Part shown: in pieces, positions 1-11,500 of the stretch
Layout: each line of letters opens with the position of its first letter
Position numbering within the stretch: position 1 is the first letter of the stretch
Program-made: the position numbers and the translations under genes
Notes under the pieces: generated by a model
What the model was told of the DNA's origin: nothing
What the model saw: the letters and a program-made list of their open reading frames with translations, nothing else
Databases searched by the model: none
Source of the DNA: Chrysomallon squamiferum
Lineage: Eukaryota; Animalia; Mollusca
Reading direction: 5' to 3'
DNA length: 64,000 nucleotides
NCBI GenBank assembly: GCA_012295275.1
Contig: CM022665.1
Coordinates: 4,774,001-4,838,000, forward strand

Positions 1-135
1 AGCTTGATCAACTTTTGGCTGACAAGATCTGTAATCCGAACATGGATCTGTGTACTTGTCCTAGAGGTAGTCGAATAATCGATACCATTGTCAAGTTAAT
101 GACAACACAATAAACTGTTCCTGCATGGAATATAA

Positions 136-136
<1 letters not shown>

Positions 137-177
<41 letters not shown>
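137..177. repeat. (TG)n microsatellite
   Basis: Perfect TG run visible in the sequence. Confidence 0.95.
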
Positions 178-178
<1 letters not shown>

Positions 179-998
179 AGAACAGTTGAAAATAATGCTG
201 AATTTAGGAATATCTTTATTTATATGTTTATGAAGACCAAAGAGAAACTTGAAGATTTACAGCTTTAAAAGTTGAAGAGTTTCTAATCTCCAATTTGAAA
301 TGATCTTTGAAGTTAAAGTAAAAATATTTTATTTATTTATTTATGAAAATCCTGAAGCAAACTAGAAGATTTACTTCTGTGAAAACATTATTGAAATTTT
401 ATACATTTATTTAATAAGATTAGCAGACAAAACATGAATTTCTACATGTTAATGTTTTTGAAAATAACAGCTGATTTGCACAGTAATCAGAAATATTCAT
501 TTTGGTAAGTGAATTTCAGAAAACAGGGCGCTGTGATCATAGTGGCCTATAAATTTTAAAATGAAGAAAAATCGGTGGCTGGTAAAAACCAAAATCGGGG
601 ATGAGTTGTCCCCTAAATGACTCTGGGTCTGCATAAGTAAATGATTTGAAAAGTTAACTTATTCAGACTTTAAAAGTGACTTTTTCGTTTTCTTTGCTTT
701 TCATATTATTTATTTATTATTTTTATAAATTTTGGATATACCCAGTCAAATTATGCAATATTTTATTATATAATGTCCGAGCCACTGATAATTTATCTTA
801 ACAGTTTTCAAAGTCTTCCAATTAAAACCACGTTATAGTGCGTTTCATGAAGTTGTGATAGTAGTTATTCTGTTCATTAATAATAATAATAATGTTGATG
901 AGGAGGACGATGATGCTAATAACAACGACCACAACCAAAAAAAAATAAATAAAAATGTAAATATTTATCTTCTTACTTTATCATTTGTTTAATAATTT

Positions 999-1075
999 AC
1001 GTTTTGCATGTGCAAGTAGAAGTGAGTTTATCTCGCTCTTTGTTAAAGCATGATTTTGAATAACGTATGGACGTA
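999..1075 (+). repeat. 77-bp direct repeat, copy 1 (copy 2 at 2468-2544)
   Basis: ACGTTTTGCATGTGCAAGT(A/T)GAAGTGAGTTTATCTCGCTCTTT(G/A)TTAAAGCATGATTTTGAATAACGTATGGACGTA occurs twice with 2 mismatches. Confidence 0.95.
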
Positions 1076-1218
1076 ACGAATCTCGCAATATACCGCAAAA
1101 TATCTCAAAAACCGCCAGGGTGCTTGTTAAATTCGTGAAGAAAACAAAATCCACATCCGGCAGAAAAACGAAGCAAAGATGTAAACGAGACTGGTGCTAA
1201 ATAAATACATAAGAACAC

Positions 1219-1310
<92 letters not shown>

Positions 1311-1407
1311 TGGTAGTGGTAGTGGTAGTGGTAGTGGTAGTGGTAGTGGTAGTGGTAGTGGTAGTGGTAGTGGTAGTAGTGGTAGTGGTAGTGGTAGTGG
1401 TAGTGGT
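1219..1407. repeat. Compound microsatellite (AAT)n-(AGT)n-(AGTGGT)n
   Basis: Directly visible; it explains the poly-T/I and LP-repeat ORFs at 1105-1431. Confidence 0.95.
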
Positions 1408-1939
1408 AAATGCACCGTCAGGATATTTCATATAATTATGTGAAGAAAAAAGCCACTAACAACACCGCCTGTTGATTCCTTCCCCCCATAAAATCATTCG
1501 TATATATTGTGATCGGTAACATTTCGAGCTTGTTTTGTCCGAGTAATAAGTACTACACCTGGAATCATGGTTTAGGTGTTCATTTTAATAAACAACATGC
1601 AATAGTACTAAGATATATGTTCATTAATTAATTCGAGACTTATTCGGCAGATTTCCACAAGGTAAACAGGCAGCAACAGACAGTTCATATGTACAAGCTG
1701 CATATTAGAAATGTGCTGCGTTCTGCCGTTATTAATTTTATTTCTCATGCAAGATAAAAGATTGAAATCTATTACTCATTATTCAGAAATCGTCTGGGGA
1801 ATGGTTATTATAGTTTAGTCTTGACAATAGGACAAGGCATACAAATTGTTTCCTGAGTAAGAAAAGGTTTCAGTCATTAATCAAAACGTAAAGAAAGACA
1901 GAAAAACCCCAAAACAGACATTTATTAAAAATTATATCT

Positions 1940-2160
1940 ACGTTTCTCCTGACCCAGCTGGTCTCTGGTAAACGATACACGTAACGAATGTAAACTTACG
2001 ACACATCCTAAGGCGTATGACGTCATCAGGATCGGACTTCGGTCAAGCCCGATTGGTCATTTCCTGTGTCTTCATAATCGATTGCCCGACGACAAAGATG
2101 ACCGAAACCTAATATTCAACCTGTCAGTGCTAATTTCCGCGACACTGATACAAATTTGGC
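1940..2160. promoter_or_regulatory. Candidate promoter island with CRE, CCAAT and ETS motifs
   Basis: Palindromic ATGACGTCAT (2017-2026), ATTGG (2052-2056) and CATTTCCTGT (2058-2067) lie within ~50 bp in a CpG-rich patch. Motif evidence only. Confidence 0.45.
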
Positions 2161-2460
2161 AACAACACGAGAAGAACGAATATTATTTTCAGCATGTGTG
2201 AAAGCGAAGTTCGAATTAATAAATAATGGATTTAATAATTCAGTTAATCCACAGCTGAAATATTACACGTATAAGTTAAGACATAATACAGCATTATGCT
2301 AGTAACGACTAATGTTTTGTAATGATACTTTTTTTTTTCTATTGTTACTATTGCATAAAATATTTAAAATAAAATTGAATAATAAATAATAATATCAAAA
2401 CAACTTTTTTTTTTTTTTTTTTTGTAGCAGTACACAAAAAGAAAACATTTTTATTCTTAG

Positions 2461-2555
2461 ATCTTGCACGTTTTGCATGTGCAAGTTGAAGTGAGTTTAT
2501 CTCGCTCTTTATTAAAGCATGATTTTGAATAACGTATGGACGTACTCTGAAAGAA
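2461..2555 (+). other. Candidate 95-nt non-coding (UTR/lncRNA) exon
   Basis: Preceded by TTTTTATTCTTAG and followed by GTAAGT; stops in all three frames. Confidence 0.3.
2468..2544 (+). repeat. 77-bp direct repeat, copy 2 (copy 1 at 999-1075)
   Basis: 75/77 identity to 999-1075. Confidence 0.95.
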
Positions 2556-4502
2556 GTAAGTGTGTCATATAATGATGCATTTCTGACGTTATTTTTGGTG
2601 CTCTTATTATTTTCTTGAAATATTTAACTTGTAAAAGTAATTTACCTTCTTCGAAAGAATTTCTTTTCTTCTTTTCTTATTTGTTTATGTTATTGCTTAT
2701 GGCCACTTAGTTTTTTTATTTAAATATATTTTTATTTGATATGTATAAAGTGTCAATTATATATGTTAGATATTTATGTATGTATGTATGTATGTATGTA
2801 TGTATGTATGTATTTTTTAATTATTATTATTATTTTAAATCGTGGCAACTCTGTGCACATTCACAAAATGTAATTACTTGTAATAACTAAATGTATATAT
2901 TAAGGAGACAGTATGAAGTAATATCCCTAATACAGATATATGTTGAGTATTGGTACATTCATATAATTAATTTCTAATCTCATTTAATATTTTATATGTC
3001 GTTTTTTTCTGTGTGACCGTATATTAATTGATATTCTAAAATAGTAAATGCTTTAGAAAATTACTTTTTAAAATGTATTTATTATTATTATTACTATTTT
3101 AAGTTTTATTATTATTATTTTTTTTACTATCGTCTATCTTGGATGAAAAACTGAAATGAAAGAATTTACAGGAAAAAAAAAATTCAAAATCGCAACATCA
3201 TGCTCATAGAAGGTCTTGTGTTGACCTTAATGGTGCACGTAGATAGATCTTTCCAGTTCTTAAATAATCACAAATTAGGTATTTTCTGTTTTATCAATGA
3301 TAAATATTTCAGATTTGAAAACAGTATACTGCCCAGAATAAGACCAAAACAGTAACTGCTGCCAACCCTATACACGAATATTTTCGTGTAGTGCTATGGA
3401 GCACTGTAAAATTTAAAACATTTTTTTTATTTATTACTAAATGTTTTTCTTTCATTCTTTCCTTTTTCCCTCCTTTACTCCTAGTACCATGTCAGTTCAG
3501 CTTTGAACATCTTATTTCAATTTTTTTTTTTTTTTTTTGTATTATTATGACTACATTTAGAAATAGGCAAGATGAACATAAAACATCTGAATCCAGCCTC
3601 ATTTGGCCCTGTGACTAACGCAAATCGCGCGTTTTGACGTATGGGTCTCCGACATGTTGAGTTAGTCTCGATCTACATGCATTATTACAATATAATTTAA
3701 AGACTTTTAGTGTTTGGATTTGATACTGTTATACATCACGCTACGAACACTGAAATCAATACCAGCCTTTTCTGAGATGACAATGAATTTGCATGCAGAG
3801 AACGTAAAAGAATAAAAAGCAATTTGTTTGTGGCAATTGAATCATTCCGACCTGACAAAGGCCAATGGTATACTTTATTGGATCTGTTTTCTATTAAAAA
3901 GGAGCTTCAGATTCCCCGTTGACAGTCTAAAAATCTCATCAAGTATTGATCAAAGTCGCGTATTCATTTGTTTATAGGATGTATTCAGACTACATTTGTT
4001 TCTGCTGAAAGATCTACTGAAAGCCAGCACTTCAAGTTGAGTTACAGACGTTTTAAATATTAATTTATTGTGGAATCACAGATAACAAGTAAATACTGAT
4101 GTTATTACACCTTTAATAGACTGCTACGCGTTTTTATAATGATATTTTATAGAATTAGGAGGCATTCTGTATTAGAACTGACAATAATGGAGGAAGTATT
4201 GGACATTATTAAATAAATTGGATTTTTTTCTTTAAAGTTATGTCATCCAGAGTGATGCCGCTTTTACTGAATCCGTCCCTGTAGTAGTAGTAATAGTATT
4301 AGTAATAGTAGTGGTAGTAAAATCAGTGGATGTGGTAGCAGTAGTAGTTGGTTTGTTGTTTTAATAGTAGTAATAATATCAGCAACACTATTAGTAGTAG
4401 AAGTGGCAGTAGTAGTAGTAGTAGTAGCAGTAGTAGTAGTAGTAGATGAAGAAGTGAAACAGTATTTTATATTTGTATTTTCTTATACGGATTAGAGAAA
4501 TT

Positions 4503-4543
<41 letters not shown>

Positions 4544-4569
4544 TTATCTTTCGAAGTGATACAAGAAAA

Positions 4570-4784
4570 ATACCAGCGAAAAGTGTTACAAAATGACCCA
4601 TTTACGATGACCGTTTAGTCAGACACTACATTGCAGACAGAGACGCACAACCATGGGGAAATTATTTGCAGTAACTAAATAATACTTTTTTGGACTAATT
4701 AAGTGAAGCTGGATAAATATCCCAGCACACCTGACGATCTCTCACGGCACTAGACTGCCCCGGCACACTGGTTGAAAAGCACTG
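4570..4784 (-). mobile_element. Terminal fragment of a hAT (Charlie-type) DNA transposon/MITE
   Basis: Minus strand begins CAGTGCTTTTCAACCAGTGTGCCGGGGCAGTCTAGTGCCGTGAGAGATCGTCAGGTGTGCTG, matching the CAGTG..TTCAAC TIR and repeated subterminal GTGCC motifs I recall for Charlie-like hAT ends. No partner TIR found; inner boundary approximate. Confidence 0.7.
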
Positions 4785-6597
4785 ATCCAAAATAGCCACT
4801 GACACCTGCTTTGGTGTTAGTGTTGACATTAAGAAAAAACGACATTTCGAAATCACCTAATTTGGCACCTCTATTATTAAATGGGTTTTCCGATTACCTT
4901 AAGAGACGACTTAAATTACGATTAATCTGTTAGTTTTCGTACGTTTGAGATTCTTGTTACTAGGTGATTACGCTTTCGTCACTTCAGGAGTCATTTTCAG
5001 TTCCGAGTGAATTCAAATGACACGTGGGCTGTTACTAAATCTTTATTTGGATATTCAGTGTGGGCGGACATAATGGACATAATGTCAATTTCTTTTTCTT
5101 TCAGCATATTCGATCTGTTTATTATTGGTTTTTAATTTAATTTTTTTTTAATTTTGTATTTATTTATTAATTAATTATTATCTTTTTTTTTTTCTTTTTT
5201 TTCTGCTTTTTGCTTATATGTGTGAACTTGAACAGAAATAATAATACATTTATACTTGAGTTGTATTTTGAGTGCAAATACCATTGTACCGATTTGCAAG
5301 CAACAATAAAAATCTATGCACTAGCCTCTAGGTGAAAAAGCAACCATCCAAAAAAAAAAAAAAAATTCCAGGGCACCCATATTTTTACACAAAACCGTCT
5401 TTAAAACATAGAACTGGATATAAACGTTAAGTTTTATTTATTTATTTTTTTAAAATAGTTGTAGTAGTAGGTATAGTGGCAATAGTCAGATAAAAAGTAT
5501 TGCAGTCGTGGTAACGGTTGCTAAAACGAATAATTATTGTAGTAGTAACTGTGGTTAATGTTGTCAAAAAGTACCCGTAACAACAGCATGATAACGGTTG
5601 CCAAAAAGTACTGAAGAAGTAGCAGCAGTAATTGTAATGTTCGCCAAAACTTAATGTAGTAGCTGTCAAAAAGGTATTTTCAGTTGTAGATTGTAGTTGT
5701 ACTGACTGCTGAAATTTGTCAATGATTGATAACAGCGGTGTTACCAGCTGTGTGTGTAAAATTAAAAAAATAGGTGAAACGGTGACTGAAATGAAAAACG
5801 TGATGAGATGGCGTAGGACGAAACCGATGGTGGTCCTGGGGCCTAAGCTGCATCCTGACACACTTGGCCGTAAGAAATGGAACAGACTGTAAATCAGACC
5901 ACGCCAGCCGTTACGCTCGGCAAACGCTACGACCCAGCAAGTACGTTTTCATTACAGGCAACAAAGCAGCGGGGACCTTGACGAAGTTTGAGACGACTTC
6001 TTTTAAAAGCACGGTGCTCTCGACACTGCTATCTTTAATCATGTTTTTGTTCTTTGATGTAGAAAATAGAGATATGAAAAGGCTGTGGTCGTGTTTTCCT
6101 ACCAGGTATTAACACAACCAGCGCGGTGTTACATGTCCGAAATAATAGCGAACACACGCCCGTGGTTGTGGCTTGTAAATTAGTTTATTGATTTAGTTGA
6201 AAATTCGATGTTCGGTTAACTGCTCTGTTTGAACTCGGTGACAAGATGACTAATATGTTCTTTGACAAATTGAAGAAATAACATTCATGTTAAAAATATA
6301 TAAAAAAATAAAAATAAAAATAAAAATAATAATAATAATTAAAATGAAGAAGAAGAAGAAGAAGAAGAAGAAGATGAAACAAAGACAAAAAAAAAAGAAC
6401 AGCACGAAATATTGTCGAGGAAGAGTACAAAAACTTAAATGAATGAATAATTAATTAGCGAGGTCTGTACATATTTTAATGCTAGCGGTTATTAAGTTTT
6501 AGGTATTTGGAGGTTTGTTTGTGTGACTGACTGTTTAACTTTTATATGAATTTTGCTAAAGACGGAAAGACAAATGTCATCATCATCACCATTGTCA

Positions 6598-6601
<4 letters not shown>

Positions 6602-6668
<67 letters not shown>

Positions 6669-6709
6669 CTTTCTGCCTATATACGTATGTCTGTGTGTGT
6701 GTGTGTATG

Positions 6710-6783
<74 letters not shown>
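6602..6783. repeat. Inverted microsatellite pair (TC)n ... (GA)n
   Basis: (TC)n at 6602-6666 and (GA)n at 6713-6783, separated by ~46 nt. Confidence 0.95.
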
Positions 6784-6786
<3 letters not shown>

Positions 6787-7132
6787 GTGAGTTTGTCTAC
6801 TATCATTAAAAATCTGTATATCGTTTTATTTACTTCCATAAACAAAATAAAATACTGCAAAAACAAGATTGCTTATAACACATCTTATTTATTTTTTTTT
6901 TTTTTTTTTTTTTTTTTCTTTCTTATTATTATTATTATTATTTATTTTTTTTTTTTTTTGTTTGTTTTTTGTTTAGGGTGTTTATACATGACAATATCGA
7001 TGGCTAGACTTTCGATGTCAGTCAGACTAACAAAACAAGTAAGATTAAAACGAGATCGATCCCTTGAAAGTGATTAGTCAAACACAATCTTTATTTGTCA
7101 TCACAACATGAGGATAAAACAAATAATAATAA

Positions 7133-7163
<31 letters not shown>

Positions 7164-8265
7164 AAGAAGAATATTTTCCAGTATCTATTAGGTAAGCTGC
7201 AGACATTTTGAAGAACTAAATAAACTTGACTTCTTTCGTCGCAATCAACTTACGAAAACGCAGTTAACGTTCTTAGATAACGGTGAACGGACTGGTCAGT
7301 AATTCCTATAACCAGCGGTTTGACTGGACGTCGTGCTATTTATTGCATGACTGGCTTTAATTATTTTTACAGTTAACAATTTATCCCAGGTAATGTTTAC
7401 GAAAGCAGTCTAAATGATGTATTACTATTTGGCGGATTTGATATTATAAATTATTATACAATTATCTACCATTTTTCTATTTCATAAATTATTATTATTA
7501 TTATTATTACTATTGTTGTTGTTGTAGTTGTAGTTGTTGTTTTCATCATAATCATTAATATAAAACACCCCCCCCAAAAAAAAGAGAACAAAACAATAGA
7601 GGTGGTATATATATATATATATATATATATATACTTTATCATTAGGAAAGGTTAGTGACAAAAATCGAAACTGTCATTTGAAAGCGTTCTACTACAGCGC
7701 TTGTACAAATTGCAGCCTCCGTCTATTTTTAGATGGTTCTGTAATCAGTAGCTCCGCCCACATGCCTAAAGCTACAGAATTCGAACAAACGCAGTGCTTG
7801 TGTATCGTAGAATAACTCGCCACTTGCATTTTTAGATAATTTAAGTCATAACATTTCGAGAAAAAAAATGTCTACGTAGAGTTTCAGTAATAATAAATTA
7901 GCTTTTTTTTTTTTTTTTTTACAGAGCGACGGATCTTTCATTTTTGCCTTCATTGAATTAAATTTTAATTTGTTTATTTTTTATTTATTTATTTAGTTAG
8001 TTACATTTTAATTTTGTATAATTTGTTTTTGAAATTTAGAGGCATTTTAAAGTATTTAGAGTCATATTATTGCTTTTTAAGGTGGTTAAAATGTCACAGG
8101 TGTTGCAGGTACAAGTTAGGGGCAACAGAATGTATATAATCATGGCACTAAAGGCAATTAAAGGCGTAAGTGTGATACGTTTAATTGTTTTAAAGGAAAA
8201 AGACATACAAGAATCGGTAGTAGTACGATTTAAAGTTTAAACGATGAGCATATAAATCATAATGT

Positions 8266-8305
8266 TAGTAGTAGTAGTAGCAGTAGCAGTAATAGTGGTA
8301 GCAAC

Positions 8306-8348
<43 letters not shown>

Positions 8349-8390
8349 ATCGTAGTTTTTGTAGTAACAGTAATAGTAGTAGTAATAGCA
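8266..8390. repeat. (GTA)n microsatellite, partly degenerate
   Basis: Visible; explains the poly-Thr/poly-Val ORFs. Confidence 0.9.
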
Positions 8391-9948
8391 GTTGTCGTTA
8401 GTGTATTTGTAGAAGTGTTTGCATCTGTAGCAGTTGACAAGACAGATTAATTCCTATCATTTAAGATTATTTTACAAGTAAAATGTGCCTGACCAGACAT
8501 TAAACGGTAAATAATTAATAGCGATTTCCATTTTCAGATCATTAAGTAAAATAAAACGAAATAACATTTAAAAGAAAGAAGTAACAAATGTGGCACTTGT
8601 GATAATAAATAGCAGTAATAATAGCAGCAGTAACAGAAAGAGTAGTCATAATAGTAGTAACTGTAATACTAGTAGTAGTATATGTATTAGAAGCTAGTAA
8701 TAGTGGTAGCTATAGCAGCAGCAGTAGCAATAGTAGTAGTAGTAGTAGTAGTAGTCTTCAGATGGTAACCTCCCCAAAGTCACACATACAAAGTTCAAGG
8801 TTAAGTGCACACACTATCATCACTACCATTTTACACACATTAATAATGTTTTGTCTGAGAAAGGAAGGAAGAAAAACGGAATACTGTGTAAAGGTTGCAT
8901 TTATTTTATTGCGATTTTCAGCAATTCCGATAAGTTTCGTCATCAGATCTCAGACAGTATATTTAAATACTATCTAAATAGCGGATTCATATTACTAAAA
9001 ATAATATCTAAAAGCACATTATATTCAAGATGACAAACATTATTCAGAATAGTACATAAAAGCACATTTTAACCATTTTTATTTATTTATTATTATTATT
9101 ATTTTTAATTTTATATATATATATATATATTTTTTTTTTTTCAAAACGTAATTTCATTAGTAACATTTTAACACAGCCAACCAAACGGCTTAGCCCTGGA
9201 GCAGTTGAATTAAGCATAGGTATGCATAGCCCAGTATTCCATCTGACTGCCGCTTGACTGTGTAACTACTGTGTGCATGACTACACTGTGTGTGACTACT
9301 GCAACGTCTGACAAATGGGCATACACACCGTTCAGCTTGCTGACACATGGGAGTAGTTCAACGGATCTGTTTAAAAACTGCTGATTGACAGCTTATGCTT
9401 TCAGGCAATGTTGTGTAACTGGCACATTTTTATTATATTTTGCTCTGAGCCATTTACTTCAAAACTTCCATGTTAAAATGATTCTTTCTAAAAGACGACG
9501 CTAGCACTTTAAAAAAAAAGGGAGCTAAATAGTTATTCACACACGTTTGTATGAAATGAGCCGCACGTCCGCACAAACCTTACAAATCTCTTTGAACGAT
9601 CTCTCCATACGTTTCAAAATGCTTGCTCGTGCTTGGATGAATGCTGCTCGTTAATTCTAAAATCTTGACAACATTATTTGTTTGAAGATGTATCCACACT
9701 AAAAGCAATCGCGGACTTTTTATTTCCGTTACCTCAGTCGCCCACTCAGATAACTAATGATGCTGAGTGGAAATTTCTTCTGTGATAGTTCTGCAATAAA
9801 CATCCTGCCCAATAGATATATTTTACACATGGCTGTTTGTAATGTGGAATATTAAATTTCGATTAACATTCAGTTTACAAGTTTGATGTATCATTTGATT
9901 GTTTCGATAGGCTGTATGAAGTTACTCATTACGTTACGAAACAGCAAG

Positions 9949-10057
<109 letters not shown>

Positions 10058-10659
10058 CAACCAGTCATCCATTTTGTCACTCATTCACTCACTTCTTTCT
10101 CGGTCAATCTCTCACCAATGTCTCTCATGTGTATGTTTGTGTACATTTATACGTGTGCTTGAAGGTCATTCCAAATGCCTTGATTGCAAGAGTCGTAGCC
10201 CCAGAAATATGGCTCTGAATAACCGACTCGTCTATGTCCATATCTGTTTGGTGTCATAGAGAAAAATGCCAATGGATATCAATAGCGTGATATATAATAA
10301 GAAGTATGAGCGTTACTGATGTTACATCAAAAGGACATGGATGAAAACCAACTAACTTCATTTCAAAATTGTCTGAAATCTATAAATTGCTTAAATAAAT
10401 GTTTGCCACTGGAGTGAAGGTGCGAAGCTATAGACGACTACCAGTTTTAATTCAGCTTGAAAACAAAGAATAAGAAAAATATTATTACATAACTGTGTGT
10501 GACGGATGTTACGTTTTGTCCGCTAACATAAAATAAAGTTCTCTATCCATATTAAGCAGTACCTGGTTCACTCATTTAAAATCATTTTAATAGATGATTA
10601 AGATGATGACATGGTTTTATATCAAAAGCATGATTAATCACAATGGGGAAACTTTTTAT

Positions 10660-11500
10660 CATTTCTCAGAATGAAGGGGACACGGCGACCATCCTCTGAT
10701 GGTTGGGACATTAATGGCCTCATTTCCGTTTTTCTATATCGGAAGAATTCATTTCAAATACACTGACCTGTGGCATGCCGATAGTCATCTCAACAAAGGA
10801 AGATGCAAGCTTCACCTCAACTGTTTTCCTTTGTTTCACTGCAGCCCGAACATACCATTTTCAACAGGCCCTTTGAGAAATGACAAACACATTTCAGTGA
10901 ATATTTATTTTTATTTTCTTCTGCATCGAAATCATGAAGCTGTTTTTGAAATTGTAACACTGGTCCATCAGACCAAAATCAGTACAGTTTTGACTGAACT
11001 GGGAATCATTTCCAAAAGCATGTCAAGGTATGCTGTGATTAGTGTCTTCCGAATGTGCAAGCGAGTTAGGTTTTATCACAGCTGAGTGCAGTATGCCAAC
11101 ATGCTACATGGATGCTGTAAAAAGAGCACTTTGTGTCTCATTCCTGATACCAACACGTATAATATGGCAGTACTCCATAAATTGGGGCAATAAGGAGGAA
11201 ATGTAGAGGCACAAATCATCAGCTGTTCCCTTGTTCCTTTGAAATTATCTCATCTGAACCATTCTTCCAGACATACCAAGTATGTCATTTCGGTATGTCA
11301 TTCATGTAAGTCATGGATATGAAAACTTTTCCTTCCTTGCAGTTTTAGCAGTTGTTTAGGAGTATGTGGAAATGATGATTTATCTAGGGCTGGGCACATT
11401 TGAATATATCCGGCCTTTATTGTCTCTGCTCTTTACCTAAAGTCCTGTGCTTTGCTCCCCGGTCTGCTATATTCTTTCTTCTACAGTCTTCTTTTGGATG
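10660..11500 (-). mobile_element. Decayed DDE transposase relic, Sola2-like
   Basis: Manual minus-strand translation across frameshifts gives NNC*NCKEGK ... TWYVWKNGSDEIISKEQ/GTADDLCLYISSLLPQFMEYCHIIR ... YQ/NETQSA-LFTASM*HVGILHSAVI ... ITAYLDMLLEMIPSSVKTVLI/WSDGPVLQF/KNSFMISM (WSDG at 10964-10975) ... H*NVFVIS/KGPV (10863-10874) ... KWYVRAAVKQRKTVEVKLASSFVE. The ordered QDEIQSAHW, WSDG..QFKN and HGKG..DG motifs are those I associate with Sola2 transposases. The element may extend to ~10.2-12.1 kb. Confidence 0.8.

Noticed and set aside
484-504. 21-nt micro-exon (CAG|...|GTAAGT); similar 10-nt case at ~7182-7191
   Set aside because: Poor acceptor context; such pairs are expected by chance in 64 kb.
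524-625. Small CAGGG...CTG MITE
   Set aside because: The termini do not form a convincing inverted repeat and no TSD is visible.
7723-7732. MEF2 site CTATTTTTAG next to a GC box
   Set aside because: An AT-rich consensus with several similar matches in the window; insufficient on its own.
9536-9607. Minus-strand MERSFKEICKVCAD..., resembling the start of a nuclear-receptor zinc finger
   Set aside because: It stops after ~23 codons without the HYG/CxxC continuation, and no downstream exon was found.
10699-11085. 128-aa plus-strand ORF as a gene
   Set aside because: It is antisense to the transposase relic and shows no motif of its own.
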